A DNA stretch of 60,000 nt, taken from positions 30,134,001-30,194,000 of the forward strand of contig NC_058368.1 in the NCBI RefSeq assembly GCF_018350175.1. The letters run 5' to 3'. This document shows positions 11,602 to 23,453 of the stretch, piece after piece; position 1 is the stretch's first letter; the number at the start of each line of letters is the position of its first letter. The stretch comes from Felis catus (lineage: Eukaryota). Under the pieces are notes generated by a model. That model made no database searches and was not told the origin of the DNA. It was given only the letters and a program-made list of their open reading frames with translations. The translations under genes and the position numbers were made by a program.

Positions 11602-14600
11602 CTATGGGAAACTTTTTCTAAGAGAAAATTGTATCATTTAAATCCTTGTTTTACGTACAGGGGAATTTGTGATTAGTATTGATACTCTATCATCGTTCTC
11701 TCTGATTTTCTCTAGGTTAAAGCACTTAAAGAGTTGATAAAACATCATTTGTTTCTATGAGATGCTTGTAGACAGTATTTTGGCTGACTTTAGGGCTGAA
11801 TTATTTTCCCTGAAGTCATTTCACAAAAAGGGCCAGCAATTTGCTGATAAGTTTTCTTATAAATGACTACACAGTGAAGACATACTAACACATTGATTAC
11901 ACAATGGAGTAATAGGAATGAGATAATGGTACTTCTTATGTGATGACTTAAAACAATTTCTCTGTTTTGGGGGCTCATACTCCTAAAGATTAGTTTTTTC
12001 AAGGTATGATTTTTAAAAAGAAAAGACATCCAGCTGTTAGGTAAATTTGTTTTCTTTCAAACAGTCTTCATAGCTTCAGTTTCTGGAACTTAACTCCTTG
12101 AAGACAGCAACATTGCATGCGATAATATTTTGCTCGTTCGCCTATAAGATGTTTGTTCAGTTGAGAAATGAAAATGGGTCTCAGTATACTATGTAGAGTG
12201 ATTTGTTCTAAATGGCACAAAAATGGTTTCTGGGCCAGGAAAGTATTAGTTCAAGGTCCTGTGAAAGTTGATGCTTATTCTGATGCATGGACACCATGGT
12301 CTAGTGAAATCTGCACATTAGGGACTTTCCTATAGCTCATTCCCGCGCCCTCCAACATATGTCATTAGTTTCACATAATAGGGAAGAGGAAATATGCAAA
12401 GGCACAGACACTATTCTGAATTAAGAGACCGATTTTTCCCCATGTTTACGATGAAAATTTGTTTATGTACAGTGTGCTTTTGTGTAAAGGGACACTCTGG
12501 TGTTATGTGCTCAGCAAAACAAAATATTCCCTTGAAATGATTAGAATGCAAATGCTGTTTTCTAGATCTGGTTTCCTGGCATTTTGAGGGGGGGGTGGCA
12601 GATGCTAATATATCTGGTGCTTTTGTTTTAGAAACAAAAGTAAACTGTAGGGAGTTTACCAAAATCCTGCCACGACACCCCCTTTAAAACCAAACCGAGC
12701 AAGGGAACCAAATTGCTGCTTTATCCACATTTTGGTCATCCCGGGGCGGTGGTAGTCCTCTGCTCCCATTGTTTGTTTTGCTTCATGTTTGACTCCGACA
12801 GAGAACAGAGCTACATTTTATGGACTTACGGTTTGGCAATATGCTGGCAAATGGGAAAACAAGCAACATAAACCAAATTTCTGCCACAATGCTTTTAATA
12901 TTGAGACAGACTTTTATCTAACAGAGCCAACAGAATGGAACTTGAGAGCACCCGCAGCTCAGGGCTGTAAACACAGCTTCCTGATGACACATCCCTGGGG
13001 GGGGACAGATCATACAGTTTCTATATTATGTGGCTTGTCATTCTACTGGCACAGAACTGATTTTCGCCTCAGAAAATGTCTCTTTCCTGAAACTCCAGCT
13101 GTCCTTCATTCATAAAGCAGCGTTTTAATAAGGTGGTTGTTTACTAGGAAAACAATGCTAATGTTAATAATGAATCACTAACAATATAGCATATTCCTTA
13201 TCGAAGATGGTCTACTTGTTGCCAAACAGCTGGAGGAAACGCGGGGGAAAATGCAATCGAGCATTTAAACATCATAGCTGGATGTTTCCAAACATAAGTA
13301 TCCAGATGCTTAGCATTGTGGAGGTAATGTGTTTGATTGCTTGCCTTTTTCATATTTTATCCGGATCTTTTGATGTTCTGTGGATAGAGTCATGACTATT
13401 CATTTTCAATATGCTGAGCAGTTTTCGCTCATCATGAATGGCGACAATAATGCTGAAGACTGGCAGAGGCCAAGCCTGGCAGAGATTGCTGGAGATGAGG
13501 GAGAAGAGGAAGAAATGAGACTCAGACTGTGGTTAAATGGGTCCCTCTCCTGGCTAATGTGTATGGAAGCATGTGCCTTTTAAACGGCATCAGCTCAATC
13601 AGGTTTCAAGCTTCAGTTAAGGGGAATGTAGGAATTAAGAAGCTGGATGGAGGGTCAGATTCTCTTGTTTTCCTTGAGACCCAGAGGCTGAATAACCAGG
13701 CCCTTCTTCAGGATACTCACTGCCAAGAAAGAAAGCTAACTGATTCTATGCCCGTGAGGATACTGGCTTAACAAGAATCTGGTCCAGCTAAACTATAGTA
13801 GAGTCGCTCCCTTCCTCAGACTGATGCCTCATCAGGCAAAATTAAAACTCTACAGTAAACAAGATGAAGTACTTTCTCTTTTTAGGATCTCAGAGTACCC
13901 AGCCCAAATCAATTCATGCTTCCTACTGCAAACTTCTCCGACATCGGGTTATCGGTACTTATAATTAGAGTCATTGCCAAATGTTCCACTAAATTAAAAT
14001 TCCTGCAAATTAATTATCTCATCAAAGGTGGCTCAGTTTCAGAACTGGGTTCGTAAATCCTGGCACTAAAATAGACGCAACCTTCTCCTAAGAGTGAAAG
14101 AAAAAAAAAATAGTCATTTACTGACATGTCCCTGCAGGAAACAATAACATTACAGATCATGTAGGAGCCAAGAATAGCCGGGGTATATTAATAACTCAGT
14201 CTGTTCCCTGATTTTATTCAAGATGACTGGTTAAAGAACACTGCACTGATGATGACTCCATGGCATGAGGAAGAATGTCATCATTAACATGTGGACCGTT
14301 TGGCATTTAGAACATTTCACACATAAAGAGAACTCAACACAAGACTATTTACTGTGCTTTAGACAGATGGTTTAATGTTTCTTTAGCCTTCAGCCTATCA
14401 GGCCACCCATGGTTTTCTTCAGCCAAGGGCTTTTTAGAAATAATTGGTCTCTAGCAATTTTCTAACAAGACTGACTGCGATCTATTTCCCTAAATCTTTT
14501 TCCTACCCTTAACTATCCCTTACAGTGGTTTGTGGCTGACAAACCTCCCTGACTGACACTGATTCCTCACATATAAGTAATTACGGACATAAAAGGAGAT

Positions 14601-15278
14601 GAAGGGGCTGAAATCTCATCATTAATGGTTTCTTTGCTACAGAAAAGCTATTTAGAAACGATTACTTCGGAAAACAGTTCTTCCCTGATTAGACGTTGCC
14701 TGACCCTGGAGAAGCTGTTCCCCCAGAATCTTTCAATACAGGAATTGATAACCCCACGTAGATGGATAACTGTGAGTGGCAAAAGATGCATACAGGCGTT
14801 GGTTTAAAAATGGTAGAGAAGAGTAATTGTGTCTCCGTCTGAGGAATATGTAAATGTGTTTAGAAGGGATACAGAGGCTGCAGATTCCCTGCTCCTGCCA
14901 TCAAAGTGGAAATCACTCACACTGGAAAAGCAAGCGTGTGCATTCTTACAGTGCAAACGTCTGTAGGACTCTTGATCCCCTGCACTTCCCTGGCCACAGT
15001 TCAGTTTTCCAGGCCCTTCTGCCAGCTCTTTTAGGGAACCACGTGACCTAAGGCCTGGAGACTCTACAGACTGGCCCAGAAGGATGGATGCTTGTTTGCA
15101 CATTCTTCTCTATGTAACCTCCCCAGTAAGGTTCAGAAGAGGCAAACTTAGGCCTGGAGCACAGAAAAGTGATGACACAGCAGAGAGGGTTTAGCGATCC
15201 GATGTATTTAGGAGTGCAAGTGTCTCCTGACTGCCTGCAGGAGAGGGCTTGTGGGACTGGAAGTCTCAGAGGGAACTT

Positions 15279-15323
15279 CTGATTGGCTTTTTTTCTCTTT
15301 AAGGGACAATGACGTCTCATTGG
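15279..15323 (+). promoter_or_regulatory. Candidate proximal promoter of the protocadherin pseudogene (reverse CCAAT boxes, CRE-like site)
   Basis: ctgattggct (15279-15288, reverse complement AGCCAATCAG), TGACGTC (15310-15316) and a second ATTGG (15319-15323) just upstream of the putative ancestral ATG at 15350. Motif evidence only. Confidence 0.35.
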
Positions 15324-15530
15324 AAGCTCAGATTTCCCGCTGACACTTAATGCTGGGCCTGACTGGAATCCTTGCTGGTTCTGTGGCTGCAGCTGGTGTC
15401 TGGGTTTTGCACTGCAACTGTCAGCTTTCCGCACCTATGAGGAAAAGGGGCCCACGGTACCGACATCGGTGGTCTGTCTGACCATGGCTTGTTTAATTCC
15501 CAGCTCGAAGTGCCAAGCCAGTTCTGTTTC

Positions 15531-16437
15531 ATGAAGTTCAACAGCTCGCTGCTCCGAGTGCGCGAGGGCGACGGGCAGCTGACCGTCGGGGACGCGGGCC
15601 TGGACCGCGAGCGGCTGTGTGGCCAGGCACCACAGTGCGTGCTGGCCTTCGACGTGGTCAGCTTCTCACAGGAGCAGTTCCGGCTGATACACGTGGAGGT
15701 GGAGGTGAGGGACATCAACGATCACGCGCCGCGCTTTCCCCGGGCCCAGATCCCCGTGGAGGTGTCCGAGGGCGCGGCTGTGGGCACGCGCATCCCGCTG
15801 GAGGTGCCGGTGGACGAGGACGTGGGAGCCAACGGGCTGCAGAGCGTGCGCCTGGCCGAGCCTCACAGCCCCTTCCGCGTGGAGCTGCAGACGCGCGCGG
15901 ACGGCGCCCAGTGCGCGGACCTGGTGCTGCTGCAGGAGCTGGACCGCGAGAGCCAGGCCGCCTACAGCCTGGAGCTAGTGGCCCAGGACGGCGGCCGCCC
16001 GCCGCGCTCCGCCACTGCCGCCCTCAGCGTGCGAGTGCTGGACGCCAACGACCACAGCCCGGCCTTCCCGCAGGGCGCCGTGGCCGAGGTGGAGCTGGCG
16101 GAGGACGCGCCCGTGGGCTCCCTGCTGCTGGACCTGGACGCAGCCGACCCCGACGAGGGCCCCAACGGCGACGTGGTGTTTGCCTTCGGTGCCCGCACCC
16201 CGCCCGAGGCGCGCCGCCTCTTCCGCCTGGACCCGCGCTCGGGCCGCCTCACCCTGGCAGGACCCGTGGACTACGAGCGCCAGGACACCTATGAGCTAGA
16301 CGTGCGGGCCCAGGACCGCGGTCCCGGGCCTCGGGCCTCCACCTGCAAAGTCATCGTGCGCATCCGCGACGTCAATGACAACGCTCCGGACATCACCATC
16401 ACCCCGCTGGCCGGCCCGGGCGCGCCTGCCGCCTCTC

Positions 16438-16471
<34 letters not shown>

Positions 16472-16622
16472 TGCTCTCGGGGGTGCGGACGCGACCTCGC
16501 CGACCGGACCTGGAACGCCGGAGGCCGGCGCCATCTCGCTGGTGCAGAGGGGGCGGCGCGCGAGAGCCTGGTGGCGCTGGTCAGCACCTCGGACAGAGAC
16601 TCGGGCGCCAATGGGCAGGTGA
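15531..16622 (+). CDS. Residual open frame of the pseudogene: PCDH8-like EC1(part)-EC3 plus poly-Ala, ending in a frameshifted tail (363 aa from the first in-frame ATG, no signal peptide)
   Basis: [36 protein letters not shown]...DVNDNAPDI is almost identical to mammalian PCDH8 as I recall it; homology moves to another frame after ~16545. Translation not demonstrated. Confidence 0.5.
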
Positions 16623-16930
16623 GCTGCGCCCTCTACGGGCAGGAGCATTTCCGGCTGCAGCCGGCCTACGCGGGCAGCTACCTGGTGGTGACCGCGGCGT
16701 CCCTGAACCGCGAGCGCATCGCTGAGTACAACCTGACGCTGGTGGCCGAGGACAGAGGCGCGCCCCCTCTACGTAGGGCGCGCGTGAGCGACGAGAGCGA
16801 CAAAGCGCCACTCTTCACGCGACCGGTCTAAGACGTGTCAGTGAGGGAGGACAACCCGCCTGGCGCCTACTTGGGCCGCGAAGGCCAGGTCACCTGCCGA
16901 CTGCTGGAGGCCGAAGAGGGTCGCGCCCAG
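15540..16930. promoter_or_regulatory. CpG island over pseudogene exon 1
   Basis: Visibly very high GC and CpG density, with a sharp left edge near 15540. Confidence 0.85.
16440..16475 (+). repeat. (GCC)10(GCT)2 trinucleotide repeat encoding 12 Ala
   Basis: Read directly from the sequence. Confidence 0.95.
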
Positions 16931-18284
16931 GACGCTGTGTCCCCCTACATCTCTGTGGACCCTATTACTGGGAAGCTGTGTGCACAACGGTGCTCTGATC
17001 GCAAGTAACTGGCTGAGCTGCAGCTGGGGCTGGAAGCTCTCGACGGCGGCTCTATGCAGCTCTGGGGCTGGGCCGTGGTGTGCCTGCATGTGGAGGACCA
17101 GAACGGGCACTCACTGGTCACGCTGCCAGAACGGCTGGTCACACTGCCACTCTTCAATGGCTCAGCCCAGCTGCCTCTGCTTCAGGGCGCGCGGCTGGGC
17201 TACCTGGTGACCCAAATGCACACGAAGGCCCCAACACAGAGCTAATTTCCACCGTAGCGGCGGCGGCCCCGCGGCGCTAGCGCCGCACCCGTTCACGGGT
17301 GAGCTGTCTTTTCAGCGCCGCTTGTCCCCACAGCCCACCAACCAGCTGACAGCGGTCGTCATGGTGCGGGACCCAGGCCAGTGGGCCTTTATCGCGCACC
17401 GCCACTTTGCTCCTAGTGCCCGCGGATTTGGCGCCACCTGGCGGAGAAGTGATGCTGGTGCCGCCTTCGCCGCGGCCGCCGCCAAAAGAGGGAGGGTAGG
17501 GACGCCCCTGGAGTCGCACAGCGCAGAGAGCAGGGCGACAGCCTGGCTTCCTGGTTGTCTTGGCAGGTGTTTTGGCTAGCGGCTGTGGCCTTCTGCTGGC
17601 GGCCATTGCCATCGAGACTTGTTCCAGCCAAGGCGAGGCCAGGACGCGGAAGAAGAAGCTTCGTGGGCATAGCTTGAGCAGGTACCACGCGAGGAGTGGC
17701 CAGGCTGGTCCAAGTCGCAGAGCATCGGGGGCTGACTCTGGGGGCTTTGAGTTGAGGTTCTTCGGGGAGACACTGGCCCTTTCCGTTTACACAGAGGCCC
17801 AGGAGGGCGAGGCTGCGGAGATTTCCCGGTCTGGGGGTAGTGGGGTGTTCTTGTGCTCCTCCCTTCGAAAGAGGAGTGGGATCCTGTGGGCCCTGGTAAA
17901 GTACCCCAGCAGTTTTAGGGCCCCTCATGAACGGTTAGTCGATTTTCCTGCCCAGACGTTAGGAAAATTCAGAGCCTGATCTGGTCTGGGACTTCAAAGG
18001 ACTGAGTTTTCCGGACTTTTTATTTTTTATTTGAGAGGAAAATTTCTTCACAGATGAAGGCAGAAGGAGGCATGGTGGTCATGTTTCGAGGAGGCCCACG
18101 TCTCTTTGTGCTGTTTTTGCCCCTGCTAACTTCCTTCTGGGTCCAGTTGGAACATCTTCGTCCCTCAGGGTTTAAATGCTATCTTTCTGAAGCACTCCAG
18201 AGGAGGGATATTGTGCCCTGTCTGGCAGCTTTGATATCTGAGCGTGAAAAATTAACTGCTGCTCTCACCCCTCTTTTTAAATAG

Positions 18285-18352
18285 GGTTCAGGCTCAGGTC
18301 CTTTTCATTCCCCATCCCTGTGTGGAGAGGGTAAATCTGCTGCGAGTTTAAG
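18285..18352 (+). pseudogene. Pseudogene exon 2 (68 nt)
   Basis: Pyrimidine tract plus TAG acceptor (AG 18283-18284), open frame GSGSGPFHSPSLCGEGKSAASL, donor AG|GTAATT; its phase-2 end matches the next exon. Confidence 0.6.
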
Positions 18353-18447
18353 GTAATTTCAGAGTACGTACGGCTCTGTCTAAGCGACGTGTTTGACGTT
18401 TTGTACGTTTATGGATAACAGAGTGAATCTGTCCTTTTCACTCCCAG

Positions 18448-18583
18448 TACACATTCAAATCCAGATGAATTTAGTGAGAAAGATAGCGGAAGAGGAGACA
18501 GTGAATCGAATGACAGCAGTTCTGACATCAGTATAGAGCGGGCTTGAAGAAAGCGTCTTTTCCAGTGATTGCGAAGCGAGAGG
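18448..18583 (+). pseudogene. Pseudogene exon 3 carrying the delta-protocadherin CM1 motif
   Basis: Acceptor ccttttcactcccag, translation THSNPDEFSEKDSGRGDSESNDSSSDISIE then frameshift to GLKKASFPVIAKRE, donor G|GTAAGT at 18584. Compare PCDH8 [28 protein letters not shown]. Confidence 0.85.
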
Positions 18584-19534
18584 GTAAGTTCAAACCTGTG
18601 ACTTTGAAGCTCTCCCTCACAAAGCCCTGATAATTCTGGATGCCTGAATGAATTAAAAACAAACAGACAAGTGGTCCGGACTGTGCAGTCATAGAGGGGG
18701 TATGCCGAGTGCTACTGAACAGAGCTAACAATTTTTTTTTTGAACGCTTCTTATTTAGCTGATTCTATGTATTTTGAATACTTTACGCTAACTGACTTAT
18801 TTATTCCCCATAATAAATCCAGTAGGGTAGGGACTTGCCCCAGTGTTGGAAGTAAGGTCTCAGCCCAGGATTCCAGCTATAGATTTCTTCCTCTTAATCA
18901 TCCTATCTAAGTGGCCTCTATTAATGCAAACTATTAAAACACAAAAAATCAGAATATTCTGGTTAGTAATACTAAAATAATTTTGTACCACAGCACTAAG
19001 GAGAACTTCCCACACATGGGGATTTCAGAAGTGGATAGCATATGAATAGGTACATTTTTTTTATAGGTCAGGATGCCATTTGCTGGGAACATATGACTTT
19101 GTGGTTTTCTTCGGCCATGCTTTGTTTGTAGAATCTTGCACCCACACAACATCATGCTATTCAGTCTAGCTCCTGTCATGTCTGGGAATTTCGCTTTAGG
19201 TCAAAATCTCTCTAATGGTGTCTAGTTCTATGGGGGAAAGTTGATTATGGACTTGGTGTTAGTTTCCATGGAAGTGAGCACTAGATCTTTTAGTCCTTCA
19301 AAGCAGATACCTTACTCTCAAAGATGCGTCCTAATGGTATGTCCTCCTGATTCATATATTTCTTCACGTTATGGATATTTTCGCCCTATGTTTGGTTCCT
19401 TCAACATTTTTTTTTTTTTTAAACAAGATGACTTCTAGACGCATCTATATCCTGGTCCCCTTCTGAATGTTCTCTGGTGTGTAAATATCTTTCCTAAAAT
19501 GAGACCCTTAGAGTTGAATACAGAACCATAGAAC

Positions 19535-20888
19535 CAGTCTCTCTCCAGAGCTCCAAACTAATATTCCCCGTTGCTTACTCAATGTCTCCATTTGGGGAAC
19601 TGGTAGACATGCTACATGTTCAGAACTGAAGTCTTGATTTCTGTTCTACAAATTTGTTCTTTCTCTAACGTGTGTGCCTCAGTAAATGACAACTCTGTTC
19701 ACTTAATTTCTTGCCCTGGCCAAAGTCCTTGTGTCATTCTTGATTTGTGTCTTCTCCCACTCAATTTCCAGTCCATCAGCAAATCTGATTAGATTTACTT
19801 CGAAAATATATTCCCAATCTGGGCTCTTCTCACCACCTTCTTTGCTGCTATCCTCCCCAGGCACGATCATCTCTTGCCTGGATAGATCCAAACTGGACTG
19901 TGTTTCCATGCTTGCCCTCCTGCAGTCTGTTTTCCAAATCATATCACATAATTGAGCTCTCCAAAGATTTCTCGCTTAAAATGAAAGCCAAAAATTCTTA
20001 TCATGGCATCCCAATTACTACTGTTGTGTAACAAAATGTAACTCAAAATGTAGCAGTTCGAAACAACAATTTTATTATGCTCATGGATTCAGTGGATCAT
20101 TTTGGACATCTCAAGGTTTAGACACATGTCTGGCATGTGGATTAGGATTATTCAGGGTCTAAGATTGCTTACTTGGGCGTGGGAAGAGGGGCTACATGTG
20201 CCCTTTACATGTGGTTCGATTTTCTGACACCATGGCAGCCATAGGCAAGCATGAATGTTCCTCCAAATAAGATAGAAGTCACATCCTCTTTTATAACTCA
20301 GTCTCTGAAATGACATTGTCATTTATGTTCTACTGGTCCAAGCAGTCTTAAACCCACCCAGATTCAAAGGGAAAGGGAAGAGTCCCCCATCTCTACACTG
20401 AAAAGTTATTAAAGAATTTTGGGGCCATATTTGTAAATAAGCCACACGTGGCCCATAAAGTCTTGTATTATCTGGCCCCTGGTTGCTTCTTCCAAATGAT
20501 TTATTACTCTTCCGCTTGATAATTTGGGTCATTATATTGGCTCTCTTGATTCGTTCTTGAACAAACCAAACATATTTCATCTCAGACCTCAGGGTCTTGC
20601 GATTCCTTCTGCTTGGTATGCTCTTTCTCAAGATATCCATATTGTTTGCATCCTTCCTTCATTTATGCCTGTGTTCAAATGTCTATTTTCTCAAAGAGAT
20701 TTTCCATACCTCAAGCTGTCTCCCCCGGCTGTCACTCTCCACCCTGCTTTATTTTCCTTCATGCCATTTATCACTGCCTGACATTACTTTATGTATTTGT
20801 TTATTATTTGTTCTGTATTCCATGTTGAATCATCAAACCTCAAATATGTACTTAAAAAATGAATGAGTGAATGAATGAATGAATGAAA
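19535..20888 (+). mobile_element. L2 LINE 3' region (L2a-like), interrupted by an MLT1 LTR
   Basis: CT-rich L2 motifs (ctcagggtcttgcgattccttctgcttggtatgctcttt) and a terminal (TGAA)n. Confidence 0.8.
20010..20445 (-). mobile_element. MaLR solo LTR (MLT1-type)
   Basis: Reverse LTR end ctgttgtgtaacaaaa...aaacaacaatttttattatgctcatggattc and acccagattcaaaggga. Confidence 0.7.
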
Positions 20889-21311
20889 GGTATAGTCTAA
20901 CTTATAAATTGCAACTGTATGACCGTTTCTCATGATCATATTGCATTTTAGACTAGGGTAAAATTGCTGGTGTTTTTTTTAGAAGTTCCATTGTGTTGCT
21001 TTCCTTTCTAGAATATTTTAGTGTCATCTCAAAGCTTGAAGGTTTTATAGCAAGTTTATCTTTTCGGATCATTTAATGTTAAATCGTCCTTTTCAAACAA
21101 AGATCAAATTCCTGGAGCTCCTAGTGTTTATTCTCTGTTTAGAGAATTACCAGCTTATTCTTTCCATAACACAGTTCCCTCCTCGTAGTAGTAGGCAGGC
21201 TCTCTGAGTCCCTTGGTAGCTCCAGGTGCTGCTGTGGCCAACCATAAGGTGATTGAAGCAATGCATTCAATGTGGGAGGGTCTAGTCACTTGGTAATAAC
21301 AACCACATTTC

Positions 21312-21531
21312 TTTTTTTTTTTTTATTTTTTTTAACGTTTATTTTTGAGACAGAGAAAGACAGAGCATGAACGGGGGAGGGGCAGAGAGAGAGGGAGACA
21401 CAGAATCGGAAACAGGCTCCAGGCTCTGAGCCATCAGCCCAGAGCCTGACGCGGGGCTCGAACTCACCGACCGCGAGATCCTGACCTGGCTGAAGTCGGA
21501 TGCTCAACCGACTGAGCCACCCAGGCGCCCC
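21312..21531 (-). mobile_element. Feline SINEC_Fc
   Basis: Full SINEC body; TSD ccacatttctt on both sides. Confidence 0.95.
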
Positions 21532-21574
21532 CCACATTTCTTCTTATACTCAACAGCAATGTTTTATTTACTTA

Positions 21575-21830
21575 TTTATTAAACAGTTACACAACACTTA
21601 CTATGTGCCAAGAACTGTGCTAGGTGCTCCATAAATATTAACTCACTTAATCCTCATAATAATGCTTTTAAGCAGGTACCCTCACTTAAGCTCATTTTGC
21701 ATAGGGGGAAACTGAGGTGTAGAGTTGTTAGAGTATTTTGATCAAAACCACCCAGCTGTAAGGGCAGAGGTGGGTTTTCCATTCTGGGAGTCTGGCTCCA
21801 GAGTTCATGCTTTTAATGTTCTGCTGTAGT
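21575..21830 (-). mobile_element. MIR SINE, near full length
   Basis: acttactatgtgccaagaactgtgctaggtgct...gggaaactgaggtgtagag...tctggctccagagttcatgc. Confidence 0.85.
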
Positions 21831-22184
21831 GTATTTTCAGTGGGTTTTTAAATACTTACTTTATGGGTCTTCTAAAGATTTAGGACTGATTTACATTCCT
21901 TGGGATGTTTCTGTCTTTGGCTTTAAGTGAGATGTTCTGATTTATGGCTTGGTTTATACTCCAGCTCTCTGCTGCATTTTCTTGTAAAACGTTTAGTGGG
22001 ATTATTGAAAGGGTGACACATGGGTGATGGCAAGATAATTGAATTAGATGTTGATAGCTTGGGTTAAAACATTTAGTGAAGTTATTTTTATTAATTTTTC
22101 ATCTCATTCTTAATAGTTAATGCAGAGAATAAATGGATTAATAAATACGCTGATATTCTTCAGAAATTAGCTTTATATATTTAT

Positions 22185-22801
22185 TTATTTTCCTACAAGT
22201 TTTTATTTAAATTCTGGTTAGTTAACATGCGGTATAATATTAGTTTCACGTGTAGGATTTAGTGATTCATCATTTACATACAATACCACATTACAGGTGC
22301 CCTCCTTTTTTTTAATGTTTATTTTTGAGAGATAGAGAGAGTGAGCTGGGAAGGGGCAGAGAGAGAGAGAGAGAGCGAGCAGGAGAAAGGGTCCGAATCA
22401 GGCTCTGTGCTGACAGCAGAGAGCCCCATGTGGGGATAGAACTCACAAGCCATGAGATCAAGACCTGAGCTGAAGCCGGATACTCAAGCAGTGAGCCACC
22501 CGAGGAGCCCCACAAGTGCCCTCCTAAACACGCATCACCCATTTAACCCATCTCACCCCCAACTCCCTCCAGCAACCCTCAGTTTGTTCTCTATGGTTGA
22601 GAGTGTGCTTTATGATTTGCCTGTCTCTTACTTTTATTCTTCCTAGGTTCATCTATTTTGTTTCTTAAATTCCACATATGAGTGAAATCAAATATTTGTC
22701 TTTCTTTGACGTATTTCACTTAGCATAATACACTCTAGCTTCATCCATGTCATTGCAAATGGCTACAGTTTTCTTTTTGATGGCTGAGTAATATTCCATT
22801 C

Positions 22802-22846
<45 letters not shown>

Positions 22847-23155
22847 ATATGTATGTATATATATATGCCACATATTCTTTATCCATTCATCAGTAGATGG
22901 ACATTTGGGCTCTTTCCATAATTTGGCTATTGTTGATAGTGCTGCTATAAACATCAGGGTGCATGTATCCCTTCAAATCAGTATTTTTGTACCCTTTGGG
23001 TAAATACCTAGTAGTGCAATTGCTGGATCATAGGGTAGTTCTATTTTTAACTTTCTGAGGAACCTCCATACTGTTTTCCAGAGTGGCTGCACCAGTTTGC
23101 ATTCCCACCAACAGTGCAAGAGGATTCCCCTTCCTCCACATCCTCACCAACACCT
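22185..23155 (-). mobile_element. Carnivore L1 3' end containing a nested SINEC (~22305-22512) and (TG)n (~22804-22845)
   Basis: Reverse strand encodes MFIAALSTIAKLWKEPKCPSTDEWIK (ORF2 C-terminus) followed by the 3'UTR; the SINE is flanked by aca(g/a)gtgccctcct. Confidence 0.92.
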
Positions 23156-23453
23156 ATTGAGACACTTCAGTTTAGATTGTAATTTTTACCATTCCTCCCA
23201 CGAAAGCTATATTAGAAATTCCGGCAAACAATTTAATTTAGCTGCTTGAATTTTATTTCCATTTCATTTCATCAGTGTACCAGCAGGTGGAGGTACAAGT
23301 CATTGACAGAAGATCCAAAGGAAGAAAAATAAATACATAAACGACTAAAAAACTAGTCCCTGAACAACTGAATATTGTTTGCATTTTGAAGCATATTGCC
23401 AAATAGCATTCTGACTTTTTAAATATTTCACACGACTCCATTTTATTTCCAAG

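Noticed and set aside
15617..17928. Overlapping alternative-frame and antisense ORFs (e.g. 15617-16294 +, 17413-17928 -)
   Set aside because: Shadow ORFs expected in GC-rich, stop-poor cadherin coding sequence; no recognisable domain.
15489..17979. Calling this the functional PCDH8 gene
   Set aside because: Frameshifted signal peptide, frameshift at ~16545, stops at 16829 and 17006, deletions, and non-PCDH8 flanking sequence; too many and too varied to be sequencing errors.
15350..18583. Processed (retro) pseudogene interpretation
   Set aside because: Introns with canonical splice sites are retained, and there is no poly(A) tail or TSD.
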